Shown here piece after piece: positions 1 through 9,917 of a stretch of 64,000 nt of DNA. This DNA is from Candidatus Kapaibacterium sp. (lineage in GTDB: Bacteria > Bacteroidota > Ignavibacteria > Kapaibacteriales > UBA2268), in NCBI GenBank assembly GCA_963665665.1, contig OY762428.1:4288001-4352000 (forward strand). The letters are read 5' to 3'. Position numbers and translations under genes: made by a program. Under the pieces are notes generated by a model that was given only the letters and a program-made list of their open reading frames with translations, had not been told where the DNA came from and did not search any database. Numbering within the stretch: the first letter of the stretch is position 1; each line of letters begins with the position of its first letter.

Positions 1-1627
1 GATTTTCATTTACTGCCAGGAATGAATCCGCCTCGGCCAGAAAACCATATTTAGCTCCTCCGGGAAGAACTATCTGGTATTCACCGGTTTTTGGGTTGGA
101 TCTTGCTATTCCAGCTTCTTTTCCTCCGGGTAAAATCTCGTAGAAAATTTTAGCAGGAAGCGGTTTTTTGGTTTCACTATTCAGAACTTTACCTGTAATA
201 AGGACTACCGGCTTGGGTTTCAGGGCCTTTGGTAATCTCACTCTGTAAATATCTTCCTTAAAATCATCAGAAACAGCAGAAACAAAATAGGCATAATTTC
301 CACTGGCAGGAATTGTAAAATAGGCATCCCAGCCTTTTGTATTAACCACATTGCCAATGTTAACAGGTTCTTCCCAGTTTTGCCAGGTTGAATCCAACCT
401 TCTCGACATAAAGATGTCATTTCGGCCAAAGCCGCATATACCTGCACTTGAATAATATATTGTTTTCCCGTCAGATGCAAGAAAAGCAGCAACATCGTCA
501 TCAGCAGTGTTTATCTGCGGCCCAAGATTCAATGGTTTTGCCCAGCTTCCGTCATCCTTTCTGAAAGATACATATATATCATTCTGTCCATATCCGTCGC
601 CTCTGTCCAGGGCCATTAGGAGAGTTTTCCCGTCAGATGCCAGTGATGACGTGGTTTTGGACTGTTTGGTATAATAATCATCAATAACAATTTTTTTGGG
701 AAAACTCCACTGTTCTCCTTCAAAATAACTGATCGATAATCCCTGTTCATATTCAACCCGGGGCTTATAAACAGTGCCAAGAAGCATGGAATTCTGATCA
801 GGTGAAATGGATACGGCAAAATTACTGGAACTGTTGTTTATAGGGTATCCAATGTTTGCCGCTTCCTTGAAATTGCCATTTTCATTCATGTCTGAATACC
901 ACACGTCCTGCAGGTTTTTTTTGCCAACATTATCAGGATGCCTGTCCCGGGTGAAATAAACTCTTTTGCCATCCTGGGATATTAGTGGTGCCAATTCAGA
1001 GTATATTGAATTGATATTGGAACCCAGATTTTCCGGAGCAGAAACAAAAAGTTTATCGTTTATTTGATTAATTTCGGGTTCAACAGGAATTTTCGAAGTT
1101 GAAATTGCAATGGCATCGATTTGGTTATAATTTTTTACTTTGTAGGTATCCATCACCAGTTTCAGCGATTTCACCCTGTATGAAGTTTCGGGAATGATAA
1201 TATGAAGCATTCTGCCGGGCTTGCCTTTTGCTTTGAAGGCCGGCTTTGAATAAACAAGATACTCCTTGTTTGAAAAATCGTATAAATAAATTCCTGTGAT
1301 GGAACCGGGGTTTACATTCTCATGTATAGCAATTTGTCTTACTTTAACCGGGCTTTCAAATCCTACGTGAATCCATTCACCCTTTACATAATCAGGTGAA
1401 CGAGGCGACCATGCGCAGGGCGACGGGCCGAAATCCGGCATTATGCTTGGCGGCCCAAGTACCTGGTAGGCTGAATACTGCTTTGATGATATGTGTGATG
1501 AAACCCCGATTAATTCCGAAGCCCACTGAACTTCATCATTGGCAGATAAGTAGCCGGTAATCATCCATAAAACAAGGATTACAATCGGGGAAAAAAGTTT
1601 ATATTTTTTTTCAGTTACCACCACCAT
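1..1627 (-). CDS. OmpA-family/PD40 (TolB-like) repeat outer-membrane-associated protein, 3' end beyond window
   Basis: Translated by hand from ATG 1627, overlapping the gpsA end: MVVVTEKKYKLFSPIVILVLWMITGYLSANDEVQWASEL. Contains PD40-like motifs (PENLGSNINSIYSELAPLISQDGKRVYFTR, PLNLGPQINTADD, APFLASDGKTIYYSS). Absent from the ORF track because no stop lies in the window; the OmpA domain itself is inferred. Confidence 0.75.
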   Translation of the reverse strand, partial: MVVVTEKKYKLFSPIVILVLWMITGYLSANDEVQWASELIGVSSHISSKQYSAYQVLGPPSIMPDFGPSPCAWSPRSPDYVKGEWIHVGFESPVKVRQIAIHENVNPGSITGIYLYDFSNKEYLVYSKPAFKAKGKPGRMLHIIIPETSYRVKSLKLVMDTYKVKNYNQIDAIAISTSKIPVEPEINQINDKLFVSAPENLGSNINSIYSELAPLISQDGKRVYFTRDRHPDNVGKKNLQDVWYSDMNENGNFKEAANIGYPINNSSSNFAVSISPDQNSMLLGTVYKPRVEYEQGLSISYFEGEQWSFPKKIVIDDYYTKQSKTTSSLASDGKTLLMALDRGDGYGQNDIYVSFRKDDGSWAKPLNLGPQINTADDDVAAFLASDGKTIYYSSAGICGFGRNDIFMSRRLDSTWQNWEEPVNIGNVVNTKGWDAYFTIPASGNYAYFVSAVSDDFKEDIYRVRLPKALKPKPVVLITGKVLNSETKKPLPAKIFYEILPGGKEAGIARSNPKTGEYQIVLPGGAKYGFLAEADSFLAVNEN

Positions 1628-2625
1628 TCCCTTTTTGTCTGCCTGTTCATCAGATCCCGTATGGCATCGAGTGGATCCATTTCTTCGAACAAAATTTTAT
1701 AAACATGCTCGGCAATTGGCATTTCCACACCATGCTTTTCGCCAAGCTTAAAAGCTGATTTGGTTGTAAAAACACCCTCGGCAACCATTTTCATGTTTGA
1801 TTGAATTTCAGCTAAAGACTGTCCGCGGCCAATCTTTTCTCCAACACTACGATTTCTGCTGTGGCGGCTGCTGCATGTTACATACATATCGCCAAGCCCG
1901 GATAGACCCGAAAAAGTCATATTATTTGCGCCGAGTGCAACTCCAAGGCGGGACATTTCGGCAAGTCCGCGTGTAACCAGTGCTGCCTTTGTATTATCTC
2001 CAAGTTCTAACCCGTCAATAATACCGGCGGCAAGAGCTATTACATTTTTCAGAGCGCCGCCAAGTTCGCAGCCAACTACATCATCAGTTGTATAAACACG
2101 GAAAGTCTCGTTCGATATCAATTCCTGCAATTCAGCGGCAAGTTTCCTGCTTTCCGAAGCAGCAACTACGGTGGTTGGTGTCATTCGTGAAACTTCTTCA
2201 GCATGGCTGGGCCCTGACAAAACTGCAAAGTTTTCTGATTTTGTTCCTGCTGCTTCGGCAAGAATCTCCGAAACTCTGAATAAAGATCCGATCTCTATTC
2301 CCTTAGCCACACTGATAACAGGCTTTTCCCTAAAATTAAAATCTTCATCCGATATCATTTTCCGGATATATTGTGTCGGGGTTGCAATAATATAGTAATC
2401 ACATCCCCTGAGACGCCTTGATTTATTGGTGGCTTTAACATTTCTTGGCAATTCAACTCCGGGCAGAAACATCGTATTCAGGTGCTCTTCATTTATTTCC
2501 GCGCACACTTCTTCTTCTCTGGCCCACATAAGAACTTTATGGCCGTTTCTGGCAAGTACCGATCCTACGGCAGTTCCCCAGCCCCCGGCACCTATTATTC
2601 CAAATTCTTTAGCCCAAAATTTCAT
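1615..2625 (-). CDS. gpsA: NAD(P)H-dependent glycerol-3-phosphate dehydrogenase
   Basis: GAGGWGTA Rossmann motif, LSGPSHAEEV, ELGGALKNVIA, GLSGLGD, SRNR, MVAEGV. Confidence 0.97.
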   Translation of the reverse strand: MKFWAKEFGIIGAGGWGTAVGSVLARNGHKVLMWAREEEVCAEINEEHLNTMFLPGVELPRNVKATNKSRRLRGCDYYIIATPTQYIRKMISDEDFNFREKPVISVAKGIEIGSLFRVSEILAEAAGTKSENFAVLSGPSHAEEVSRMTPTTVVAASESRKLAAELQELISNETFRVYTTDDVVGCELGGALKNVIALAAGIIDGLELGDNTKAALVTRGLAEMSRLGVALGANNMTFSGLSGLGDMYVTCSSRHSRNRSVGEKIGRGQSLAEIQSNMKMVAEGVFTTKSAFKLGEKHGVEMPIAEHVYKILFEEMDPLDAIRDLMNRQTKREWWW

Positions 2626-3018
2626 TCTAACATACTAGTCGTTTTAAAAATATCAATTGATAAAATTAACATTAATTACGAGAACAAACAAGGCAATAAC
2701 TAATTAAGGAGAAAAAAATAATAATACCGGGATTTTCTGGCTTTATCTTTTTAATTAGGCATTTATCATTTATAAGCCTTGCGTTTCGATTAAACAATTA
2801 ATTCTGATTCTAAAATGGCAGAATTAAAAAATTTAAAAAAAAATATTACATATAATTATGATTATTCAAAATATATATTTTGTATTCTATTGGTATAAAA
2901 GTTGTTTACATACATGCAACATTTTCGGTTACATGAATTCAATTTGCTTTCATTTTTTGTGAAATATTGTATATATTTTTTATATTGACTCTTGCTATAC
3001 CTGATTTCTTTGAAAATT

Positions 3019-3036
3019 TTGTGAACTACATAACAA
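3019..3036. promoter_or_regulatory. Candidate Rex-like operator (TTGTGAA-N4-ATAACAA)
   Basis: 12 of 14 positions match the Rex consensus TTGTGAA-N4-TTCACAA; lies just before the AAGGAG RBS of the CBS gene; a second half-site TTGTGAA occurs at ~2957. Confidence 0.35.
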
Positions 3037-3048
3037 TAAGGAGACGCC

Positions 3049-3624
3049 ATGACAGATAAAAAAGTAAAAGAAATAATGATTTCTGTTAATGATTATCCCA
3101 TAGTAGATCATGAAGCAAGTATTTTTGATGCAATAAAAATATTGGAAAAATCATACGATCATTCCAGGGGAAACAAACATCCCTACAGAGCTGTTTTGGT
3201 TTCTCAGAATAACAAAATAATTGGCAAGATCGGGCATCTAACCTTCCTGAAAGCTCTTGAACCGAATTACGAAAGGTTACAAATGGATGAAACATTGATA
3301 AGAGCCAACCTTAGTTCGGATTTTATCGATGCTGTAAAAACCAATTTTAACCTATGGGAAAATAACTTTATTGATATATGCAGCAGGGCGGCAGCTATCA
3401 TCGTTAAAGATATTATGAAGCCTATTAAAGAAAGTATCAACGGAGATTCAGACCTGATAGAAGCTATGCACAAAATGATAATGTGGCAAACTCTTTCCAT
3501 TCCCGTTGTGGAGGGCGGAAAGATCATCGGTATAATTCGATTATCAGACTTATATGAGGAATTCGCAACTTTTATTAGCGGAAACTGCTGCAATAATTCA
3601 AATAAGAATCAGGAGGGCATTTAA
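3049..3624 (+). CDS. CBS-domain protein
   Basis: Two CBS-like segments (KVKEIMI...YPIVDHEASIFDAI; VKDIMKP...IPVVEGGKIIGIIRLSDL); AAGGAG RBS. Confidence 0.85.
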   Translation: MTDKKVKEIMISVNDYPIVDHEASIFDAIKILEKSYDHSRGNKHPYRAVLVSQNNKIIGKIGHLTFLKALEPNYERLQMDETLIRANLSSDFIDAVKTNFNLWENNFIDICSRAAAIIVKDIMKPIKESINGDSDLIEAMHKMIMWQTLSIPVVEGGKIIGIIRLSDLYEEFATFISGNCCNNSNKNQEGI

Positions 3625-5657
3625 TGAACAGAATTCTTATAATTGATGATGAAGATAATTTTCGTGAATCTCTTTCCCAGAGATTAAAGGTACGAGGATA
3701 TGAGAACATTACGCTGAATAGCGGCCTTAATGCTATGAAAGTTGTTCGTACTAATGATGACATTGATGTTGTTATCCTGGATAGAATGATGCCCGATATG
3801 AATGGCGAACAAGTCCTCCGCGAAATCAAAAAATATCGTCCGGAAATCCAGGTGATAATGCTTACCGGCCACGGTACTCACGAATCAGCCATGGAAGTTG
3901 GCAAGCTTGACGCGTTTAAGTATCTTCAGAAACCATGCGAATTAGAAGTCCTGATTGAAGTAATCGGGAATGCCAGGAAGGCCAAAATCAGAGCCATGGC
4001 AAGCCATGAAATACCGAACGTGAAAAAAGGTAACATCTGGACATGGATGAAAGGAGTTCATAATTCTAAACCGGGCATAATAATTCTGGGATTTGCAATT
4101 TTCGCTTCCATTATGTTGCTGCCAGCCCCACAAAGGCTGCATGAACTATTAGGTTTTGAAAAAACTGCCCAAAGCACTGATATTAATATCGGATATTCCG
4201 ATTATAAAAATATGGAAGTTGGGCAGAATGTCGCAGAGTATTACGGGAAAAAAAGTAAAACTGAAAAAACTATTATCAATAGCGACGGAACAAAGTCCAC
4301 AATTCCGCTTTCAGTTGATGAATCTGTTGACAGAGCCAGGATCATGATAGGAGTTCTAATAGTAGCCGCGCTTTTTTGGGCCACCGGAGCAATGCCTATA
4401 GGAATAACCGCTCTTCTTGTTGGTGTTATAATGTATCTCGGCGGTATATTAAAGCCCAACGACGCTGCATCGGCATTTGTCAAAGATTCAGTGATATTTG
4501 TTTTCGGTGTTCTTGCGTTTTCCAAGGCAATAACCAAAACCGGCCTTGACAGGAGAATCGGATTGATACTGCTTGGTTCGTCGAAAAAAATCAGGCTTTA
4601 CCTATTCCTTTTTCTTCCATTATTCAGTATTTCATGTTCTTTTCTTTCCGAACATGCTCTGGTTGCCTTTATTATGCCGGTATTGCTGATTGTTTATTTA
4701 AAATCAATTGAGAGAGTTGGAATACAGGAAGATTACAAGTATGCAGTAATGTTGTTTTTAGCCTTAAATTTTGCAGCTAATGCCGGCGGGCCGGGGTCAC
4801 CTGCAGCCGGCGGAAGAAATGCCATTATGATGGGAATTTTATCAGATTACGGCATGGCCCCGACTTTCGGGCAATGGGTTCAGTACGGGCTTCCGTTTGT
4901 TCCTGTAATGGCTTTGGTTATTGGCACTTATTTCTACTTTGCCTGTTACAGGAAAAGCAAGGTAAAAGGTATAAACCTGTCATCAATTGTTAAAGATGCC
5001 TCAAAGAAAATCGGGCCTATGACGAAAAGCGAGTACAAAACCACCGCCATATTAGTACTATTAATAATACTCTGGGTGGGTTTCAGCGATGTTCTCGGTA
5101 TGGGCGGGCCTGTTCTGATAGCATTGGTTCTTGCAAATATTTTCAGAATTATTTCCTTCAGGGATATTTCAAAAATACAATGGGAAGTTGTAGCTTTATA
5201 TGCAGCTGCCACAGCTCTTGGCAAGGGGCTGGCAATTACAGGTGCTGCATTATTCATTGCCGACTGGTTTATAAGCGTATTGCCGGAAGCTTTAATGTCA
5301 GGTGCCGGGCTTGCCATGTCTGTTGGTGTTTTCACAGGTATTGTTACCAATTTCATGAGTGATGGTGCGGCAGTCTCTGCTATCGGGCCAATTACTGTTC
5401 CTATGGCTAAGATTGCAGGCGCTCATCCTTGGATGGTTGGGCTGATAACAGCATTCACATCATCGTTTGCTTACATATTTGTAATTGGCACGCCAAACAA
5501 TGCTATTGTTTATACCATGGCTAAAAATCCTAATACCGGGGAACAGTTAGTAAAACTCGGTGATTTCCTGAAGCATGGAATCGCAGTATGGATTCTGTCG
5601 ATGCTTGTAATATTTTTCTGGGTAATACTTGGTTACTGGCAGATAATTGGTTTTTAA
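3624..5657 (+). CDS. Response-regulator receiver domain fused to SLC13/DASS-family anion permease
   Basis: N-terminal receiver (ILIIDDE, VILDRMMPDMNG, MLTGHG, QKP), then a multi-TM DASS permease (TGLDRRIG, ANAGGPGSPAAGGRNAI, VTNFMSDGAA, IGTPNNAIVY). Confidence 0.88.
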   Translation: MNRILIIDDEDNFRESLSQRLKVRGYENITLNSGLNAMKVVRTNDDIDVVILDRMMPDMNGEQVLREIKKYRPEIQVIMLTGHGTHESAMEVGKLDAFKYLQKPCELEVLIEVIGNARKAKIRAMASHEIPNVKKGNIWTWMKGVHNSKPGIIILGFAIFASIMLLPAPQRLHELLGFEKTAQSTDINIGYSDYKNMEVGQNVAEYYGKKSKTEKTIINSDGTKSTIPLSVDESVDRARIMIGVLIVAALFWATGAMPIGITALLVGVIMYLGGILKPNDAASAFVKDSVIFVFGVLAFSKAITKTGLDRRIGLILLGSSKKIRLYLFLFLPLFSISCSFLSEHALVAFIMPVLLIVYLKSIERVGIQEDYKYAVMLFLALNFAANAGGPGSPAAGGRNAIMMGILSDYGMAPTFGQWVQYGLPFVPVMALVIGTYFYFACYRKSKVKGINLSSIVKDASKKIGPMTKSEYKTTAILVLLIILWVGFSDVLGMGGPVLIALVLANIFRIISFRDISKIQWEVVALYAAATALGKGLAITGAALFIADWFISVLPEALMSGAGLAMSVGVFTGIVTNFMSDGAAVSAIGPITVPMAKIAGAHPWMVGLITAFTSSFAYIFVIGTPNNAIVYTMAKNPNTGEQLVKLGDFLKHGIAVWILSMLVIFFWVILGYWQIIGF

Positions 5658-5709
5658 TCGTCTTATATAATTAATTGAAATAATAATTTACATATATTGT
5701 GGAGTTATC

Positions 5710-6195
5710 ATGGAAAAAATACAATTATTGATAGTTGACGATGAGGAAAAATTCCTCGATTCTATTGCACAGAGGCTTGAACTTAGAGATTTTGACGTAA
5801 CAAAGGCAACAAACGGTGCCGATGCAATTGCAAGAGTTCAGGAAAAAAAATACGATCTGGCTTTGCTCGATCTTAAAATGCCGGGAATTGACGGGAAGCA
5901 GCTTCTTTCAATTTTGAAAAAAGATCATAAGTATATAGAAGTTATTATGCTTACCGGCCACGGTTCACTTGAATCAGCTGTTGAGTGCACTAAGCTCGGT
6001 GCTTTTGGTTATCTGCCTAAGCCTTATGAATTGGACAAGTTGCTGGAAGTTCTTAAAGAAGCATATCAGGCCAGGCTAAAGAAAAAATTCGATTCTGATA
6101 GTGACAAAATGGACAAACTGATGAATATAGCCATTGGCAGCAGCCCGCTCAGCATATTGAAACAAATGAGGGAACTTGACGACGATGAGAAATAG
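5710..6195 (+). CDS. Single-domain response regulator with short C-terminal extension
   Basis: LLIVDDE, LLDLKMPGIDG, MLTGHG, LPKP. Confidence 0.9.
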   Translation: MEKIQLLIVDDEEKFLDSIAQRLELRDFDVTKATNGADAIARVQEKKYDLALLDLKMPGIDGKQLLSILKKDHKYIEVIMLTGHGSLESAVECTKLGAFGYLPKPYELDKLLEVLKEAYQARLKKKFDSDSDKMDKLMNIAIGSSPLSILKQMRELDDDEK

Positions 6196-6217
6196 TTAAA
6201 CATATCACGGCTTCGAA

Positions 6218-7906
6218 ATGAAAACTAACAAAAAAAATCTGAAGAGCGATTTTCCGGGTATATCGCTTAGGGAAACTCATTACAAAGATTTGTTCAGGAG
6301 GAATTTTATAAGATTATCCTTTACTTATCTAACTCCATTGATTTTGTTGATAGTTTTTGCACAGTATCAATACACGAAATTGCTACAGGAAAGCCGGGAT
6401 ATTCATCTTCGTTCGGTTGCCGAGCAAAAAACAAACCTGCTGGATCTTTTTCTCAGGGAAAGAGTTCTCAATATTATTAATCTTCTGGAAGATCCGAGAT
6501 TTGAGATACCTCCGTCTGATATTCAGATGGAAAAATACCTGACAAAACTGAAAAATGACAGTGAAGCATTTACAGATATTGACTTTTTTGATACTCTTGG
6601 TGTACGGGTTTGTTATGCCGGGCCAGGAACAATAGGCGATATACGGGATTATAGTAATGAGATATGGTATTCCAACCTGAAAGATTCAGGAAAAAAATCG
6701 GTAATAACAGACATATATCTTGGCTTCAGGAAGAAAGCACATTTTACTATAGGAGTATGCCGGAAAATCAAAGATAAATTATACGTTCTCCGGGCTACAC
6801 TTGATCCCGGAAAGATTTACGATTATATTAATTCCTTCTCCGGATCATCGGATTTGAATATTGCCGTTATTAATGACGAGGGAAAATACCAGGTTGTAAC
6901 TCAGGGAAATGGAAAAGTACTGGAAAAATCTCCAATAAAACCATCCCGGGATAAAAAATTCGGAACTTTGATAACACAATCGGATGGCCAGGAAATATCT
7001 TATGCCTTTTCATGGTTGTCGCAGGTGGACTGGGTGGTGATTGTTAGCGAAAAACCGAGTAGAAATTCAATATCTTTCTGGGGATTTCATCCCGATGTTA
7101 TGATATTTTCCGGTATAGTCTTTTTCATTATTGCTGTTCTTGTTGTTTTCAGATCAAGAAAGATTGCTTTGATTGAAGTTGAAAAAGATATTACAAGATC
7201 ACAATTGGAGCAGGCATCCAAACTGGCAAGTGTTGGTGAACTTGCTTCAGGTATTGCCCACGAAATAAACAATCCCCTGGCAATTATTGCCAGCGAAACC
7301 GGACTTTTGAAAGATATGATGAACCCTGAATTTGATATGAAGCCGACTTTTGAACAGTTACTGCCACATATTGAGAACATCAGGGATGCGGTTTTCAGAT
7401 GCAGGGATATTACCAGGAAGCTACTCAGTTTTGTCAGGAAAAACGATATTGTACTGAAGCAGTATGATATTCATGCAATTATTGATGATATTGTGGTTGG
7501 CTTTTATGATAAGAAAATGTCTATTTCTAATATCGAGGTTATAAGGCACTATGGCGATGATATCCCGATGTTAACCACTGATGCAAACCAGATAAAGCAG
7601 GTTCTTTTGAACATTATTAATAATGCAGCTGACTCTATCAAACCTCCCGGAAAGATAACTATAACCAGCAAACTGAATAATGGTTTTGTTTCTATTGCCA
7701 TTTCTGATACGGGTAAAGGTATCCATGAAGATGATATATCCAAAATATTCCTGCCATTTTTCACAACAAAGGAAGTCGGGAAAGGAACCGGCCTTGGATT
7801 ATCAGTTAGCTATGGTATCGTTAAAGGATTCGGGGGTACAATTGAAGTTGAAAGCATTTTGAATAAAGGAACAACATTTATAATTAACCTTCCACTGAAT
7901 CTTTGA
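6218..7906 (+). CDS. Membrane sensor histidine kinase (Cache-type periplasmic domain, NtrB-like core)
   Basis: Two TM segments; H-box LASGIAHEINNPL; N-box QVLLNIINNA; DTGKGI, FLPFFTTK, GTGLGL. Confidence 0.93.
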   Translation: MKTNKKNLKSDFPGISLRETHYKDLFRRNFIRLSFTYLTPLILLIVFAQYQYTKLLQESRDIHLRSVAEQKTNLLDLFLRERVLNIINLLEDPRFEIPPSDIQMEKYLTKLKNDSEAFTDIDFFDTLGVRVCYAGPGTIGDIRDYSNEIWYSNLKDSGKKSVITDIYLGFRKKAHFTIGVCRKIKDKLYVLRATLDPGKIYDYINSFSGSSDLNIAVINDEGKYQVVTQGNGKVLEKSPIKPSRDKKFGTLITQSDGQEISYAFSWLSQVDWVVIVSEKPSRNSISFWGFHPDVMIFSGIVFFIIAVLVVFRSRKIALIEVEKDITRSQLEQASKLASVGELASGIAHEINNPLAIIASETGLLKDMMNPEFDMKPTFEQLLPHIENIRDAVFRCRDITRKLLSFVRKNDIVLKQYDIHAIIDDIVVGFYDKKMSISNIEVIRHYGDDIPMLTTDANQIKQVLLNIINNAADSIKPPGKITITSKLNNGFVSIAISDTGKGIHEDDISKIFLPFFTTKEVGKGTGLGLSVSYGIVKGFGGTIEVESILNKGTTFIINLPLNL

Positions 7907-7959
7907 TATAAGAAAAAAATATGTGACTTGCAAAAGATCTATTTGAGAACATTTTTCAA

Positions 7960-8685
7960 TTATTCTTCAATTTTCTTTACTTCGCCAACCCCGGTTACAT
8001 TACTAACCACTTCCGGATCTCCCCGGTAAAACACCCTGCCGGCTCCGGTAATAGTGGCACTCAGATTGTCTGTTGCATAAACTTTTACATCTCCGGTACC
8101 GGTAATTACCACAACAACATCTTTCGAGATCAGGCTGTCGCAATTAATATAACCTGCGCCCTCAATATTTGCGGATAATTTTTCAGTTTCACCTTTCATT
8201 CCAATTGTTCCGCCGCCTGTTATCCGCAACTCAATATCATTTGATTTAACTGAATCAATATCAATATTGCCTGCTCCCTCGATATTAAGGCTGAATTCAT
8301 CTTGTTCAAGTATCGGGCATTCCAAATTACCAGCACCAATAATGCTTACAGAAGCAAGGTCCTTCACCTCGATAATATAATCTAATACTGTTGGTGATAT
8401 GGATTTTCCGGAAGTTGTTAGTAAAAGATCTTTTCCACTTACTGTAGTTCTTATTTCTTCCTGAATGTTATCGTCTGTTCTTACAATCAATTTTTCACTT
8501 CCCGTCTGGCTTATATATAAATTTCCGGAGCCTTCCATAGTTATGGACTTAAAATCAGGAATATCGCGGGTTATTTGAATGATATTCCCTGATCCGTGAA
8601 TAGTCCCGTCGGAACTTCCGTCCTCATCGCAGGCCGACAGAAAAACAAAAAGCACAACACAAAAAATATTTATTATATGTTTCAT
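7960..8685 (-). CDS. GIN/DUF2807-type beta-solenoid lipoprotein
   Basis: Lipobox FLSAC; repeated I-x-G-A-G-x-I units; ends YRGDPEVVSNVTGVGEVKK. An alternative upstream GTG start exists at 8697. Confidence 0.85.
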   Translation of the reverse strand: MKHIINIFCVVLFVFLSACDEDGSSDGTIHGSGNIIQITRDIPDFKSITMEGSGNLYISQTGSEKLIVRTDDNIQEEIRTTVSGKDLLLTTSGKSISPTVLDYIIEVKDLASVSIIGAGNLECPILEQDEFSLNIEGAGNIDIDSVKSNDIELRITGGGTIGMKGETEKLSANIEGAGYINCDSLISKDVVVVITGTGDVKVYATDNLSATITGAGRVFYRGDPEVVSNVTGVGEVKKIEE

Positions 8686-8693
8686 TATTATTC

Positions 8694-9917
8694 TCACTTT
8701 TCTGAGTTTTCAAAATACCTGTATCCCTTTAAATAAGCGCTTATCATTATCCAGAACATAGCAATTATGGATGACAGGACTGCCGTAAGTATAAGCATTA
8801 ATGATCTTTTAGGGGAAGATTTCTTTTCAGGTGGTACGGCCTCGTCCAGAACTTCAACAGAAGGTATATCCTTTTGCTCCTGAATGGCTTCCTGATGCCT
8901 CTGTGTTTCGAGATACATTATCACTTTTTCAAGGATTTTCCTGTTTCTTTCCATATCAGTGTAAATTCTGACAATTTCAGGTATTTTATCAAATGGAATT
9001 GAAAAAGAATCATCATCAGTCAGTCCGCCGGACTGAACATTCATGTATTGTTCACGGATTTTTTCAACTGCCGACTTATAGGCTTTAACGGTTGGAAAAC
9101 TTGAGTTCCACTGTCTTTCGGCAAGGGCAAGGTCGATTTCGGCCTGAGCTAATTGTACCCCAATATCTATTGTTTGTTTTAATATTGCGGATGTCTGCTC
9201 TTCAGGATCCAGAATTTTATTTTTTTCCTGGTAATCTTCAATCTCAAGTTCAAGCGAATCAAGTGTTCTTCTGTAATGGCCCAAAGTATTTTCAATATAG
9301 ATCCTGGAATTTTTTGCAGAAGAAATATTCTTTTTTCTTATAACATTATCAAGAGCTTCAACAGCTGAATTAGCAATTTTGGAAGACATAATGGCTGCAT
9401 ATTTTTCATCCTCACTATCAGGCAACCAACCTGTGCTATAATTGGCAGTCAGGGAAAGAAGCCCGCTTCTTGATAGTTCTGCTTCAATCATGTTAGATAT
9501 CATTTTAACCAGATCCAGACGACTGAATTCTTTAAATTCTTCCATCTCATGGATTTTATTTTTTTCGATAATAAATTCTGCAACCGAACGGCTTTGGAGT
9601 ATCTCGGCAAAAATCTTTATCTGGTTTCCACCGCCCATGTTGCCAAGCACAAGGTTCCCTCCGGAAAAACTTTGCAGAAAACTGCTTAATCCGCCGCCGC
9701 GATCGTTGCCTTCGGGCGGAAGGATTGAAGACGATGCTTCAAATTCTCTCGGCATTATGTAGGAATATATCCCCACAACTGCTATTGAAATAATAATAAA
9801 CAGTGAAAGAAATTTTCTTCTGAGTTTTACCAACTCGAAAATCAATTTAAAATTAAGTTCCAGAGATACTTTTTGATTGTCTTTCATTAACAAATAATCC
9901 GAATTTTTATTTAACAA
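8694..9917 (-). CDS. Polysaccharide chain-length regulator (Wzz/GumC-like)
   Basis: N- and C-terminal TM helices, periplasmic coiled coil, VLDEAVPPEKKSSPKR motif. Confidence 0.88.
   Translation of the reverse strand: MLNKNSDYLLMKDNQKVSLELNFKLIFELVKLRRKFLSLFIIISIAVVGIYSYIMPREFEASSSILPPEGNDRGGGLSSFLQSFSGGNLVLGNMGGGNQIKIFAEILQSRSVAEFIIEKNKIHEMEEFKEFSRLDLVKMISNMIEAELSRSGLLSLTANYSTGWLPDSEDEKYAAIMSSKIANSAVEALDNVIRKKNISSAKNSRIYIENTLGHYRRTLDSLELEIEDYQEKNKILDPEEQTSAILKQTIDIGVQLAQAEIDLALAERQWNSSFPTVKAYKSAVEKIREQYMNVQSGGLTDDDSFSIPFDKIPEIVRIYTDMERNRKILEKVIMYLETQRHQEAIQEQKDIPSVEVLDEAVPPEKKSSPKRSLMLILTAVLSSIIAMFWIMISAYLKGYRYFENSEK

Noticed and set aside
238-819. Two short minus-strand ORFs in the track
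   Set aside because: They lie out of frame inside the longer PD40/OmpA-type gene that runs off the window start.
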